A stretch of DNA of 46,883 nucleotides from Sphingomonadales bacterium. GTDB lineage: Bacteria; Pseudomonadota; Alphaproteobacteria; Sphingomonadales; Sphingomonadaceae. The notes under the pieces are model-generated. The model was not told the DNA's origin. It did not search any database and saw only the letters and a program-made list of their open reading frames with translations. This document shows, in pieces, positions 29,577-38,274 of this stretch. The stretch's first letter is position 1, and the number at the start of each line of letters is the position of its first letter. Both the position numbers and the translations under genes were made by a program. The DNA lies in NCBI GenBank assembly GCA_038316685.1, contig JBBQAU010000001.1, forward strand, positions 1 to 46,883. The letters run 5' to 3'.

Positions 29577-30220
29577 TGGGCTGGGGGATGCTTGCTGCGG
29601 TGATGCTGGTCAGCGCTGCGGTGCTGTGGCGGCTGGGTTTGCCGCGACTGTTATGGACGACGGCGGGGGCCGCGCTTCTGCTCGGCGGCGCTGGCTATGC
29701 GATGCAGGGGCGGCCCATGCTTGGCGCGAGCCCGGCAAAGCCTGTTGAAGACAAGGTCGATATCGCACCTGACATTCTCGCGCTGCGCGGCAAGATGTTT
29801 AGTAGCTACACGAGCGATTCGGCTTATCAGATGGCGGCCGATGCGATGATCCGGGTTGGTGATCCGGGGAAGGCCGTCAAGGTCACGCTTGGCGGCATTG
29901 ATCGCAACCCCAGGAGTGTGCAGCTCTGGACCGAGCTTGGCAGTGTGCTTGTCACGCATGATGGCGGCAGCGTCTCGCCAAGCGCGCTGTTCGCCTTTCG
30001 ACACGCGATGCAGTTGTCGCCGCAACATCCGGGGCCGCCGTTTTTTCTGGGGCTGGGCTATGCACAGGGCGGACAGCTCCAGCAGGCACGCTTTTGGTGG
30101 GCTCGGGCACTGGCGCTGACGCCCAAGACCTTGTCCTACCGCGCTGACATTGCCGAGCGATTGGCGCTGCTCGATCAGGTAATCGCAATGGCTCGCCAGC
30201 AGCAGCAGGCGCAGCAATAG
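29576..30220 (+). CDS. ccmI: TPR-containing cytochrome c biogenesis factor (CcmI/CycH-like)
   Basis: TGATG coupling to ccmH; two N-terminal TMs, GYAMQGRP, TPR-like FFLGLGYAQGGQLQQARFWW. Confidence 0.75.
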   Translation: MGWGMLAAVMLVSAAVLWRLGLPRLLWTTAGAALLLGGAGYAMQGRPMLGASPAKPVEDKVDIAPDILALRGKMFSSYTSDSAYQMAADAMIRVGDPGKAVKVTLGGIDRNPRSVQLWTELGSVLVTHDGGSVSPSALFAFRHAMQLSPQHPGPPFFLGLGYAQGGQLQQARFWWARALALTPKTLSYRADIAERLALLDQVIAMARQQQQAQQ

Positions 30221-30224
30221 TCCG

Positions 30225-30695
30225 TCACGCAAATGGGCGATTCAGTCTGACAATCGCGCTGTTGAGCCAAAGCGCAAAACTGACCCAGCCGAGATAAGGC
30301 AGGATCAGCGCCGCCGCCTGCAACGAAATCGGCGCAAGGCCAATCACCAGTGCGACCAACGACCCCCAAAGAAAAACCATCTCCACCAGCGCCCAATCCG
30401 GCCGCCGCGCATGAAAAAACAACGGGCTCCAGAGGAAATGGAACACCGCGTTGGTGGCAAACATGATGAGGATGTTTGATCGATCCGCATCGCTGCGCGC
30501 CGCCGTCCACGCCGTCAGTGCGGCCCAACCCGCCAGTAGCAGAATCACCGCCCAGGCCGGTCCAAACAGCCAGTTGGGTGGTTGCAGCCGGGGTTTGCGC
30601 AAATCGGCATACCAGTTGCCGATCGGGGTCATTAATCCCCCCACCGCACCGATCAGGATGGCGGTGCCAAAGGCAACAAGTGCGGGAGTTGACAT
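30225..30695 (-). CDS. tspO: Tryptophan-rich sensory protein TspO/MBR
   Basis: WYADLRKP, PPNWLFGPAW, WSPLFF, LPYLGWVSFA; at the PGC edge. Confidence 0.92.
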   Translation of the reverse strand: MSTPALVAFGTAILIGAVGGLMTPIGNWYADLRKPRLQPPNWLFGPAWAVILLLAGWAALTAWTAARSDADRSNILIMFATNAVFHFLWSPLFFHARRPDWALVEMVFLWGSLVALVIGLAPISLQAAALILPYLGWVSFALWLNSAIVRLNRPFA

Positions 30696-30721
30696 ATTGC
30701 TGGCGCATCCATCTTGTGGAG

Positions 30722-30739
30722 TGTCCAACAATCGTTACA
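30722..30739. promoter_or_regulatory. PpsR box between divergent tspO and bchI
   Basis: TGTCCAACAATCGTTACA = TGT-N12-ACA in a 49-bp intergenic gap. Confidence 0.75.
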
Positions 30740-30744
30740 CGAAA

Positions 30745-31755
30745 ATGATGCGTAAGTCATTTCCCTTCTCAGCGATCGTCGGTCAGGACGAGATGAAATT
30801 GGCCCTGTTGATATCCGCGGTTGATGCGCGGATCGGCGGGGTGATGGTGTTTGGTGATCGTGGCACCGGCAAATCCACCGCCGTCCGGGCGCTGGCCGCG
30901 CTGCTGCCGCCGATGGCCGTGGTGCCGGGGTGTCGGTATAACTGCATGCCGGGCCAGGCGGTCTGCCCGACGCCCGAAACGCATTTGCCGGGCAAGGCGA
31001 GCGCGCCGGTGCCCTTTGTCGATCTGCCATTGGGGGCAACCGAGGACCGCGTGGTCGGTGCGCTTGATCTGGAACGCGCGCTGGGCGCGGGTGAAAAGGC
31101 GTTTGAGCCGGGGTTGTTGGCGCGCGCGCATCGCGGCTTTTTGTATATTGATGAAATCAACCTGCTTGAAGATCATATCGTCGATTTGCTGCTCGACGTG
31201 GCGGTATCGGGCGAGAATGTTGTCGAGCGCGAGGGGTTGAGCGTCCGCCATGCCGCGCGTTTCGTGCTCGTCGGCAGCGGTAACCCTGAAGAGGGCGAGC
31301 TCCGCCCGCAATTGCTTGACAGGTTTGGCCTGTCGGTCGAGGTTCGTACACCGCAGGACTTAAAACAGCGCGTCGAGATATTGAAGCGCTGCGATGCGTT
31401 TGAGCGCACGCCCGATGCTTTTACCGAACATTGGTCCAAGGCCGAACGCAAGACGCTGAAACGGATCGCCAAGGGGCGTGAATTGCTGCCCAGCGTCACG
31501 ATCCCTGATGATGTGCTGACGCGCGCGTCGGAAATCTGCATGGCGGTGGGGGCAGATGGTCTGCGCGGTGAATTGACGCTGATGCGCGCCGCCCGCGCAC
31601 TGGCTGCGCTTGAAGAGGCAAGCATCGTTACGCAAGATCACCTCCGCCGGGTGTCCCCGCTCGCGTTGCGGCACCGGCTCCGTCGCAACGTGCTTGACGA
31701 AACGGGCTCCACCGCCCGGATCGAGCGCGCGTTGGAAACGCTGTTCGCGGCATGA
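30745..31755 (+). CDS. bchI: Magnesium chelatase subunit I
   Basis: FPFSAIVGQ, GDRGTGKST, LYIDEINLL, GSGNPEEGELRPQLLDRFG. Start moved from 30451. Confidence 0.96.
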   Translation: MMRKSFPFSAIVGQDEMKLALLISAVDARIGGVMVFGDRGTGKSTAVRALAALLPPMAVVPGCRYNCMPGQAVCPTPETHLPGKASAPVPFVDLPLGATEDRVVGALDLERALGAGEKAFEPGLLARAHRGFLYIDEINLLEDHIVDLLLDVAVSGENVVEREGLSVRHAARFVLVGSGNPEEGELRPQLLDRFGLSVEVRTPQDLKQRVEILKRCDAFERTPDAFTEHWSKAERKTLKRIAKGRELLPSVTIPDDVLTRASEICMAVGADGLRGELTLMRAARALAALEEASIVTQDHLRRVSPLALRHRLRRNVLDETGSTARIERALETLFAA

Positions 31756-33539
31756 CTTTGCCGGGCGAAATGCCGCCCGATGTTCTGGCGGATGCGCGGC
31801 TGGCGGCGCGGCTTTGCGCGATTGACCCCGTTGGGTTGGGGGGCATGTCGCTGCGGGGTGGTGGAGAATTGCGCGATGCAGTGATTGCCAATCTGGTTGC
31901 AGCGATGCCGCTTGGTGCGCCCATCCGGCGACTGCCCGCCCATATCGACGAAGAAAGGTTGCTCGGCGGGCTTGATTTGGGCGCGACGCTATCGACCGGC
32001 AAGGCAGTGTCGCGCGTCGGCCTGCTCGCCGAGGCAGCAGGCGGGATCGTCGTGATTCCGATGGCAGAGCGTTTGTCTGATTCGGTTGCCGCGCCGATCG
32101 CTGCGGCAATGGACACAGGGGAGGTTGTCGCCGAGCGTGAGGGGATGACGCTGCGGTCCGAATCGCGCTTTTTGGTCGTCGCGCTTGATGATGCGAGCGA
32201 GGCTGACGAACGACCACCGGCGTCCTTGCGCGAGCGCATGGCATTCTGGTTTGATTTATCCGCTGTCGAGTTATCCCGCGTCGATCTTCGCGCGGCGTTG
32301 CAGGAGGTGGCGGTTGCAGCGGCGCCAGTCGCAAGGAGTCATGCGGTGGCGTTGGAGCAAGTCATCCCGCCTGCAGATGTGCTGGAGGCATTGGCGGTGA
32401 CTGCCGCAGTGCTGGGCGTCGATTCGATTCGTGCGCCGTTGTTTGCCCTGCGTGCCGCACGGGCATCGGCGATTCTTGATGGGCGTATGGCGATCAGCGA
32501 GGCTGATGTAGCACTTGCTGCCAGACTGGTTTTGGGGCCGCGTGCAACCCGTATGCCGCCACCGCCCGAGGCCGAGCCGGAAGACGCCGAACCCGAGGCA
32601 CCCGAGCCGCCACCGCCACCGCCGCCCGATTCGGACAGTGCCAATGACAGCGAGAGCAGCGAGCCGAAACCGCTGGATGACGTGGTGCTTGAGGCTGTCC
32701 TTGCTTCACTGCCCAAGGATGTGCTTGCCAAGCTGGCAACCCAAAATGCCCGGCGCGGCCCGCAATCGCGCACCCAGGGTAGGGGTGAGAAGCGGCGCTC
32801 GACGACGCGCGGTCGCCCTGTCGGTGTTCGCGCTGGCATCCCGCGCGGCGGGCTGCGGCTTAGCCTGATCGATACATTGCGCGCGGCAGCACCGTGGCAG
32901 CGGGTGCGCGGTGCGCAATCGGGCCAGGTCAAGGTGCGCAAAGATGATTTGCGGATTCGTCGCTTTGAAAGCCGGACCGAGGCGACGACGATTTTTGCGG
33001 TCGATGCTTCGGGTTCATCTGCGCTCGCCCGCCTGGCTGAGGCCAAAGGCGCGGTCGAGTTGCTGCTGGCAGAAGCCTATGTGAAGCGCGCGCAGGTCGC
33101 GCTCGTCGCCTTTCGTGGGCAAACGTCTGAGATTATCCTGCCGCCCACGCGTTCGCTTGCGCGCGCGAAAAAGTCGCTGTCGGCGTTGCCGGGTGGGGGC
33201 GGGACGCCGCTTGCCGCTGGGCTCAACACTGCGCGTCAACTGGCCGAAGCGGCGCGTTCGCGCGGGCGGACGCCGTTCCTTGTGATTCTAACCGATGGCC
33301 GCGCTAATATCGCCGCTGATGGAACGACCGTCCGCCAGCGCGCGGAAGATGACGCCGAGGCCGCCGCCCGCGCGATTGGTGCTTCCGGTATCGCCGCGGC
33401 CTTTGTCGATACGTCGCAACGCCCCCGGCCGGAGGGTGCAAAACTCGCCGCTGTCATGGGCGCGCGTTATCTGCCGCTGCCACGGGCGGATGCCCGCACC
33501 ATGCATGCAGCGGTAAAGGGTGCGCAGGATGTCACATAA
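31752..33539 (+). CDS. bchD: Magnesium chelatase subunit D
   Basis: AAA-like N-domain, Pro/acidic linker, vWA MIDAS DASGS, GGGGTPLA, LTDGRAN. Confidence 0.95.
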   Translation: MTLPGEMPPDVLADARLAARLCAIDPVGLGGMSLRGGGELRDAVIANLVAAMPLGAPIRRLPAHIDEERLLGGLDLGATLSTGKAVSRVGLLAEAAGGIVVIPMAERLSDSVAAPIAAAMDTGEVVAEREGMTLRSESRFLVVALDDASEADERPPASLRERMAFWFDLSAVELSRVDLRAALQEVAVAAAPVARSHAVALEQVIPPADVLEALAVTAAVLGVDSIRAPLFALRAARASAILDGRMAISEADVALAARLVLGPRATRMPPPPEAEPEDAEPEAPEPPPPPPPDSDSANDSESSEPKPLDDVVLEAVLASLPKDVLAKLATQNARRGPQSRTQGRGEKRRSTTRGRPVGVRAGIPRGGLRLSLIDTLRAAAPWQRVRGAQSGQVKVRKDDLRIRRFESRTEATTIFAVDASGSSALARLAEAKGAVELLLAEAYVKRAQVALVAFRGQTSEIILPPTRSLARAKKSLSALPGGGGTPLAAGLNTARQLAEAARSRGRTPFLVILTDGRANIAADGTTVRQRAEDDAEAAARAIGASGIAAAFVDTSQRPRPEGAKLAAVMGARYLPLPRADARTMHAAVKGAQDVT

Positions 33540-34443
33540 TCGGCCGCGCTGGGCGGTGGAGGGAAAGGATTGGCCTAATCACGGGGCCAGCCGATTCTTG
33601 GAAGTCGGTCGTCTCCATTGGCATGTGCAGGTGATGGGTGAGGGGCCAGTGCTGCTCCTGCTCCACGGCACGGCTTCAGCGACGCACAGCTGGCGCGATC
33701 TCATGCCGCTGCTCGCTCAACACTTTACCGTGGTTGCGCCTGATTTACCAGGGCACGGCTTCACCGCAGGACGGCCGAGTGGCGGACTGTCGATGCCGGC
33801 AATGGCGCGTGCCGTGGGCGATCTTATCACCGCGCTTGGTATTTCGCCGCAACTCGTGCTCGGTCATTCGGCGGGTGCTGCGATTGCCATTCGCGCGGTC
33901 CTTGATGGGGCCGTAAGCCCGAAAGCGGTGATCGGGATGAACGCGGCGCTGCTGCCCTTTCCGGGGCTTGCCGCGAAGATTTTTCCGGGGCTGGCGCGGA
34001 TGCTGTTTGTCAATCCGTTTGCGCCGCACATTTTTGCTGGCATAGCGCGTCAGCAGGGCGAGACGGGCAGTTTCCTTGCGCGCAGCACGGGCTCAAAGAT
34101 TGATGCAGCAGGGGCAGATTTTTATGGTCGGCTCTTTGGGACACCAGGCCATTGCTCGGGTGCAATCACGATGATGGCCGATTGGGATCTCGATAGTTTT
34201 GCGCGTGATCTGCCGTCGCTTCGTGTGCCGTTGCTGCTCGTCCATGGCGACCGCGACGCCGCCATTACACTCGATAGCGCGCGCGAGGCGACGGCGCGGG
34301 TCACGGCGGCAAAGCTCACCATCCAGCCAGCCCTTGGTCATCTCGCCCATGAAGAATCGCCCGCCGAGGCAGCGGAGATCATCACTGGTTTTGCCCGCGA
34401 AACAGGCGTTCTGCCTCAGGCCGACAGCGATGATCCGCGATAA
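33529..34443 (+). CDS. bchO: Alpha/beta hydrolase BchO
   Basis: DWPN, WHVQ, LLHGT, GHSAG, GHLAHEE; follows bchD. Confidence 0.9.
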   Translation: MSHNRPRWAVEGKDWPNHGASRFLEVGRLHWHVQVMGEGPVLLLLHGTASATHSWRDLMPLLAQHFTVVAPDLPGHGFTAGRPSGGLSMPAMARAVGDLITALGISPQLVLGHSAGAAIAIRAVLDGAVSPKAVIGMNAALLPFPGLAAKIFPGLARMLFVNPFAPHIFAGIARQQGETGSFLARSTGSKIDAAGADFYGRLFGTPGHCSGAITMMADWDLDSFARDLPSLRVPLLLVHGDRDAAITLDSAREATARVTAAKLTIQPALGHLAHEESPAEAAEIITGFARETGVLPQADSDDPR

Positions 34444-34609
34444 CATCGGCCTCATCGAAATGCTTGGCAGCTTTGGCCTGGTGCTTGCCTTCCTGGGTTA
34501 TCAATATTGGTCCGACCGAAAATCGATTGCCCGCGACCGGAAGACCGAGCGCGAATCAGCGGATCGCGCGCGGCATTCGGAAAGGGAGCATCGCCTGGAC
34601 GATAGGTGA
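34430..34609 (+). CDS. 59-aa single-pass membrane protein, unknown function
   Basis: MIRDNIGLIEMLGSFGLVLAFLGYQYWSDRKSIARDRKTERE...; ATG overlaps the bchO end and the ORF spans the otherwise empty bchO-crtC gap. Confidence 0.6.
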   Translation: MIRDNIGLIEMLGSFGLVLAFLGYQYWSDRKSIARDRKTERESADRARHSEREHRLDDR

Positions 34610-35761
34610 TCGGAAACGCCCGAGCGACAAGCTTTCGTGAACAGCGTGGACATCTTCGCCAAACAGCCGGGTAGAGAGTGCCGAGCGCGCATAAAAAGGC
34701 GCATCAACCCAGGTTTTAGTTACTTTTGCAGTCGTGCCGCGATCGGCGCGGGTGATTCGGTTGATCAACCATGCGGAGCGCGGCAGATGTTGCGACGGCG
34801 GTGGCACGACATCATGCCATTGACCCTGATGATCCATACGGAGCGCCAGATCGAATGGCGTCCCATCGCTGCGGCTGCCTTCATAAAGCACCGCCACGTC
34901 CTTGCTGAGATGCGCGCGGGACCAGTGCCATTCATCAAAACCATCCTCCAGCGCCTCTTCGCCAAAGTTTGAATCGAAATAGCCGCTGCCCTTCCAGGAG
35001 ATCGCGGGATTGGCCATCGTAACCTCGACACGCGAACGCGGGGCAACGGGGTGCCAGCGATGCTTGCCTGCCGGATCGAGATGAAATCCGGTGGTGCCGA
35101 TCATCTCGGGATAAAGCCGCACCTGGCCGCGCACGGGATAGGGCAAGGGAGCGGAGGTCTCGTTAATATCGATCACCAGCACATTACCGTCCCAACGCAG
35201 CGCGCTTGGGCCAACGGCGAGGGTGTCTTCGTCACGCCGGATACGGTGCCAGGGCCGCTCTGTCATTGCCCAGGCATTGCCGCGAGGGCCATTGAGCGCG
35301 ACATTGATCGCGCAATGATTTTGCGGGCTCGAACGGCCGCTCAGCTTGTAATAAGGCGAAAAAACGCTGCCGACAAAAGCAATGACCGTCAGGCCGAAGC
35401 GGCCGTCGTCGCTGCAGGCGTCGATGTACCACCAGGCATAACCTTTGGCATCAACCTTGACGTCAAAGCGAGGTCCTTGAGCAGGATATCGACGGCTAAC
35501 CCGCCCGAGAGCGCTGCCATCGGGACGCCCGCGCCAGGATGGGTACTCCCGCCCGCGAGGTAGAGTCCCGGGATCTTCGTTCTCGCGCCAGGCCGGCGGA
35601 AGGACGCCACCCAGCCGTGCGAGGCCTGTCCATAAAGGGCTCCACCGGTCGAAGGGAACATCGCCTCGAAATCCGTCGGCGTCGACAGCGTTGTGCCCGA
35701 GGCTGGCAGTTCCAGCAAAAGGCCCGCTCGCCCCGTGGTCTCCAGCATCTGCAATCTGCAT
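34556..35761 (-). CDS. crtC: Carotenoid 1,2-hydratase (hydroxyneurosporene synthase); start uncertain
   Basis: GYAWWYIDACSDDG, FVGSVFSPYY, WAMTER, GYFDSN, WHWSR, PFYARS, MLPFRMPR. Confidence 0.9.
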   Translation of the reverse strand: MQIADAGDHGASGPFAGTASLGHNAVDADGFRGDVPFDRWSPLWTGLARLGGVLPPAWRENEDPGTLPRGREYPSWRGRPDGSALGRVSRRYPAQGPRFDVKVDAKGYAWWYIDACSDDGRFGLTVIAFVGSVFSPYYKLSGRSSPQNHCAINVALNGPRGNAWAMTERPWHRIRRDEDTLAVGPSALRWDGNVLVIDINETSAPLPYPVRGQVRLYPEMIGTTGFHLDPAGKHRWHPVAPRSRVEVTMANPAISWKGSGYFDSNFGEEALEDGFDEWHWSRAHLSKDVAVLYEGSRSDGTPFDLALRMDHQGQWHDVVPPPSQHLPRSAWLINRITRADRGTTAKVTKTWVDAPFYARSALSTRLFGEDVHAVHESLSLGRFRSPIVQAMLPFRMPRAIR

Positions 35762-36945
35762 TGGTCGATCTCCCCTTGCGTGAACCCTTTGCCATCACCG
35801 ATGGCAGGGGCATTAACTAGAATTTGCAGCCGTTCGGCACCGTCCGGGCCGACGCCCAGATCATCACGATCCTGGGCGCAGACATAAACGGTTGGCGATA
35901 CGGCCAGTTTGTTTTGACCCAGCGACTCGAATTCAGCCGCGTAATCATTTGAGAAAAATACGTTATGATGCGCAAGGGGAAAACCGTCAGTCTTGCTGTG
36001 TGCGGTCCAGACCATCGCCGCGAGTGAGCGTCCGCTCGCCGGAATCGCGCCCACTGCGCGCTGCGCTGCCTGACCGAAACGACCTGAGGCGAGTGCTGCG
36101 GGATCGGCGTTGCAGACCACGCTGCGGGCATGGAGTCGCTCTCCGCTCGCTAGCGTAACACCACTGGCCTTGCCCTTATCAACGAGTATTTCGGTTACCC
36201 GTTCGCCGTAGCGGAAACGCGCGCCATTGCGAATGGCGAGCCCCTCAATTGCCTTGGCCAGCGCGAACATGCCACCATCAACGAGCCAGACGCCACGCGC
36301 CTCAACATGCGCGATCAGCATCAATGTAGCGGGGCATTTAAACGGTGAAGAACCGCAATAGGTGGCATAACGACCGAACAATTGTCGCAGCCGGGGATCA
36401 CGGAAATAATCGCCCAACGCCCCCCAAAGGCTATTGAATGGCCGCGTTGTTAACAGATCGCTGGGGTTGGCCTTGCCCATTTCCCAGGCGAGTCGGGTTG
36501 GTCCGGCGCGTTGGCTGCGCATGAAGGGGTGATCAAGCGACCGGAAGATTTGCTGTGCCTCGTCGTAAAAGCGGCGATATCCCTTGGCTTCTGCTGCTCC
36601 CGCAAAGTTTCCGATTGCGGCCTCGCTGGCGTCGCGATCCGCAAACAGATCAAGTCGGTCCTCGTTCCAGGCATGACGTGCGAGCAGCGAGGCCGGTCGA
36701 AGCGTTAAATGGTTGCTTAAGGTCGCCCCGCAGGAGTCGAATAGATCCTCAAAGACGTCACGCATGGTGAAGACAGTGGGACCACCATCGACCATTGCGC
36801 CGCCGGAAATGACCTGGCGCATCTTGCCACCCGGCGTCGCCGCAGCCTCGACGACGGTGACATCAAGGCCGCGGGCAGCCAGTAAGGCAGCACTGGTCAA
36901 TCCGCCAACTCCGGCGCCGATCACAATAACGTTGTCGCGCTCCAT
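35389..36945 (-). CDS. crtD: 1-hydroxycarotenoid 3,4-desaturase
   Basis: IGAGVGGL FAD motif, GPTVFTM, FGRYATYCGSSP, HHNVFFS, THPGAGVPMAALSG; AGGA RBS before ATG 36945. Confidence 0.93.
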   Translation of the reverse strand: MERDNVIVIGAGVGGLTSAALLAARGLDVTVVEAAATPGGKMRQVISGGAMVDGGPTVFTMRDVFEDLFDSCGATLSNHLTLRPASLLARHAWNEDRLDLFADRDASEAAIGNFAGAAEAKGYRRFYDEAQQIFRSLDHPFMRSQRAGPTRLAWEMGKANPSDLLTTRPFNSLWGALGDYFRDPRLRQLFGRYATYCGSSPFKCPATLMLIAHVEARGVWLVDGGMFALAKAIEGLAIRNGARFRYGERVTEILVDKGKASGVTLASGERLHARSVVCNADPAALASGRFGQAAQRAVGAIPASGRSLAAMVWTAHSKTDGFPLAHHNVFFSNDYAAEFESLGQNKLAVSPTVYVCAQDRDDLGVGPDGAERLQILVNAPAIGDGKGFTQGEIDQCRLQMLETTGRAGLLLELPASGTTLSTPTDFEAMFPSTGGALYGQASHGWVASFRRPGARTKIPGLYLAGGSTHPGAGVPMAALSGGLAVDILLKDLALTSRLMPKVMPGGTSTPAATTAASA

Positions 36946-37012
36946 CCCAGTCCTTAATGTGGTCATACCTGCCAGCACCCATCGAACGCACGATTGACGC
37001 CAGCGGACTGAC

Positions 37013-37030
37013 CGTCCAATTCATTTGACA
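37013..37030. promoter_or_regulatory. Variant PpsR box between divergent crtD and crtF
   Basis: CGTCCAATTCATTTGACA = CGT-N12-ACA, very similar to the first bchC box. Confidence 0.6.
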
Positions 37031-37031
37031 T

Positions 37032-38162
37032 ATGAAACTGCACAACTCCAATGACAATAGCCCTTTGCGCGAACGATGGATCAACCTTCGCAACAAGGTG
37101 CTGGCTGATCCAGGCTTTCAGCGATTCGCCGTGCGCTTCTGGTTTACCCGACCGATCGTCCGGCGGCGAGCGCAGATCATGTTCGATTTGGTCGCAGGCT
37201 TCACCTATTCCCAGATCATTGCGGCGTGCATCCAATCGCGCCTGCTCGATCGACTCGCAGAAGGCGCGATGGACCTCGATGCCATCGCCAAGGCCGTTGA
37301 TCTGCCGATTGAAGGCGCAGACCGGTTGGTGCGCGCCGCAGCGGCGCTAAAGCTTGCAGAACGGGTTGGCCCAGGCCGCTGGGCGCTTGGCGCGGATGGC
37401 GCGGCGCTGCGCGGCAATGGCGGCATTGCCGAAATGGTTGCGCACCACCACCTGCTCTATGCCGATCTGATGGACCCGATGGCGCTGTTGCGTCGCGGCG
37501 GGGGGGGCGGGCAATTGTCCCACTATTGGACCTATGCCGAATCATCGGGGCAGGGTGAAGGCGCAGAGGTCGCGGCATATTCCGCGTTGATGGCGGCCTC
37601 CCAACCAATGATCGCCAGCCATGTGATCGCCAGCTATAATTTTGCGCGTCATCGCCGGATGCTTGATGTCGGTGGGGGGCAGGGTGCCTTTGTCTCGGCG
37701 GTCGCCGAACGGGTGCCGGCGCTATCGCTGGCGATGTTTGATCTGGCGGCGGTCGGGGACCGGGCACGGCGCGCATTGGCGGCAGCGGGCCATCGTGATC
37801 GGATCGAGGTTTTCGGCGGCGATTTTTTAACAGGGCCGCTGCCAACGGGGCATGATCTGATCACCCTGATTCGCATTTTACATGACCATGATGATGCGCC
37901 AGCCCTCCAGTTGCTGCGCAATGTCCATGCGGCGTTACCGGTCGGGGGCAAACTGCTCATTGCCGAGCCAATGGCTGAGACAAAAGGCGCTGAGTCGGCG
38001 GGGGATGCCTATTTTGGCATGTATTTGTGGGCGATGGGCTCGGGCCGGCCACGAAGCTACGCCGCAATTGGCGATCTGCTCCGAGAGGCTGGTTTCAGCA
38101 GTTTTCGGCGAGTCCCGACACCTTTGCCGCTGACCGTGAGCGCAATCATTGCAACGCGCTGA
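37032..38162 (+). CDS. crtF: Hydroxyneurosporene/carotenoid O-methyltransferase
   Basis: FDLVAGFTYSQ, MVAHH, YSALMAASQ, LDVGGGQG, RILHDH, YFGMYLWAMGSG. Confidence 0.93.
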   Translation: MKLHNSNDNSPLRERWINLRNKVLADPGFQRFAVRFWFTRPIVRRRAQIMFDLVAGFTYSQIIAACIQSRLLDRLAEGAMDLDAIAKAVDLPIEGADRLVRAAAALKLAERVGPGRWALGADGAALRGNGGIAEMVAHHHLLYADLMDPMALLRRGGGGGQLSHYWTYAESSGQGEGAEVAAYSALMAASQPMIASHVIASYNFARHRRMLDVGGGQGAFVSAVAERVPALSLAMFDLAAVGDRARRALAAAGHRDRIEVFGGDFLTGPLPTGHDLITLIRILHDHDDAPALQLLRNVHAALPVGGKLLIAEPMAETKGAESAGDAYFGMYLWAMGSGRPRSYAAIGDLLREAGFSSFRRVPTPLPLTVSAIIATR

Positions 38163-38180
38163 CTTTCTTCACGTTTGAAA

Positions 38181-38224
38181 CGTCCAATCTAGTTGACAAT
38201 AAAAAGTGTCAATCTAAACTGACA
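38181..38224 (+). promoter_or_regulatory. bchC promoter with tandem PpsR boxes
   Basis: CGTCCAATCTAGTTGACA (38181-38198, includes -35 TTGACA), 8-bp spacer, TGTCAATCTAAACTGACA (38207-38224); classical bchC architecture. Confidence 0.88.
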
Positions 38225-38274
38225 GACAGCGCAGAAGACCACCGGATTGGGGGGCGACGCGCCTAGGAGTCGGC

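Noticed and set aside
30451-30744. 98-aa N-terminal extension of BchI in the ORF track
   Set aside because: Antisense to tspO and spans the PpsR box; BchI similarity starts at 30745.
32550-32670. Pro/acidic low-complexity tract as a repeat or insertion
   Set aside because: Standard BchD linker between the AAA-like and vWA domains.
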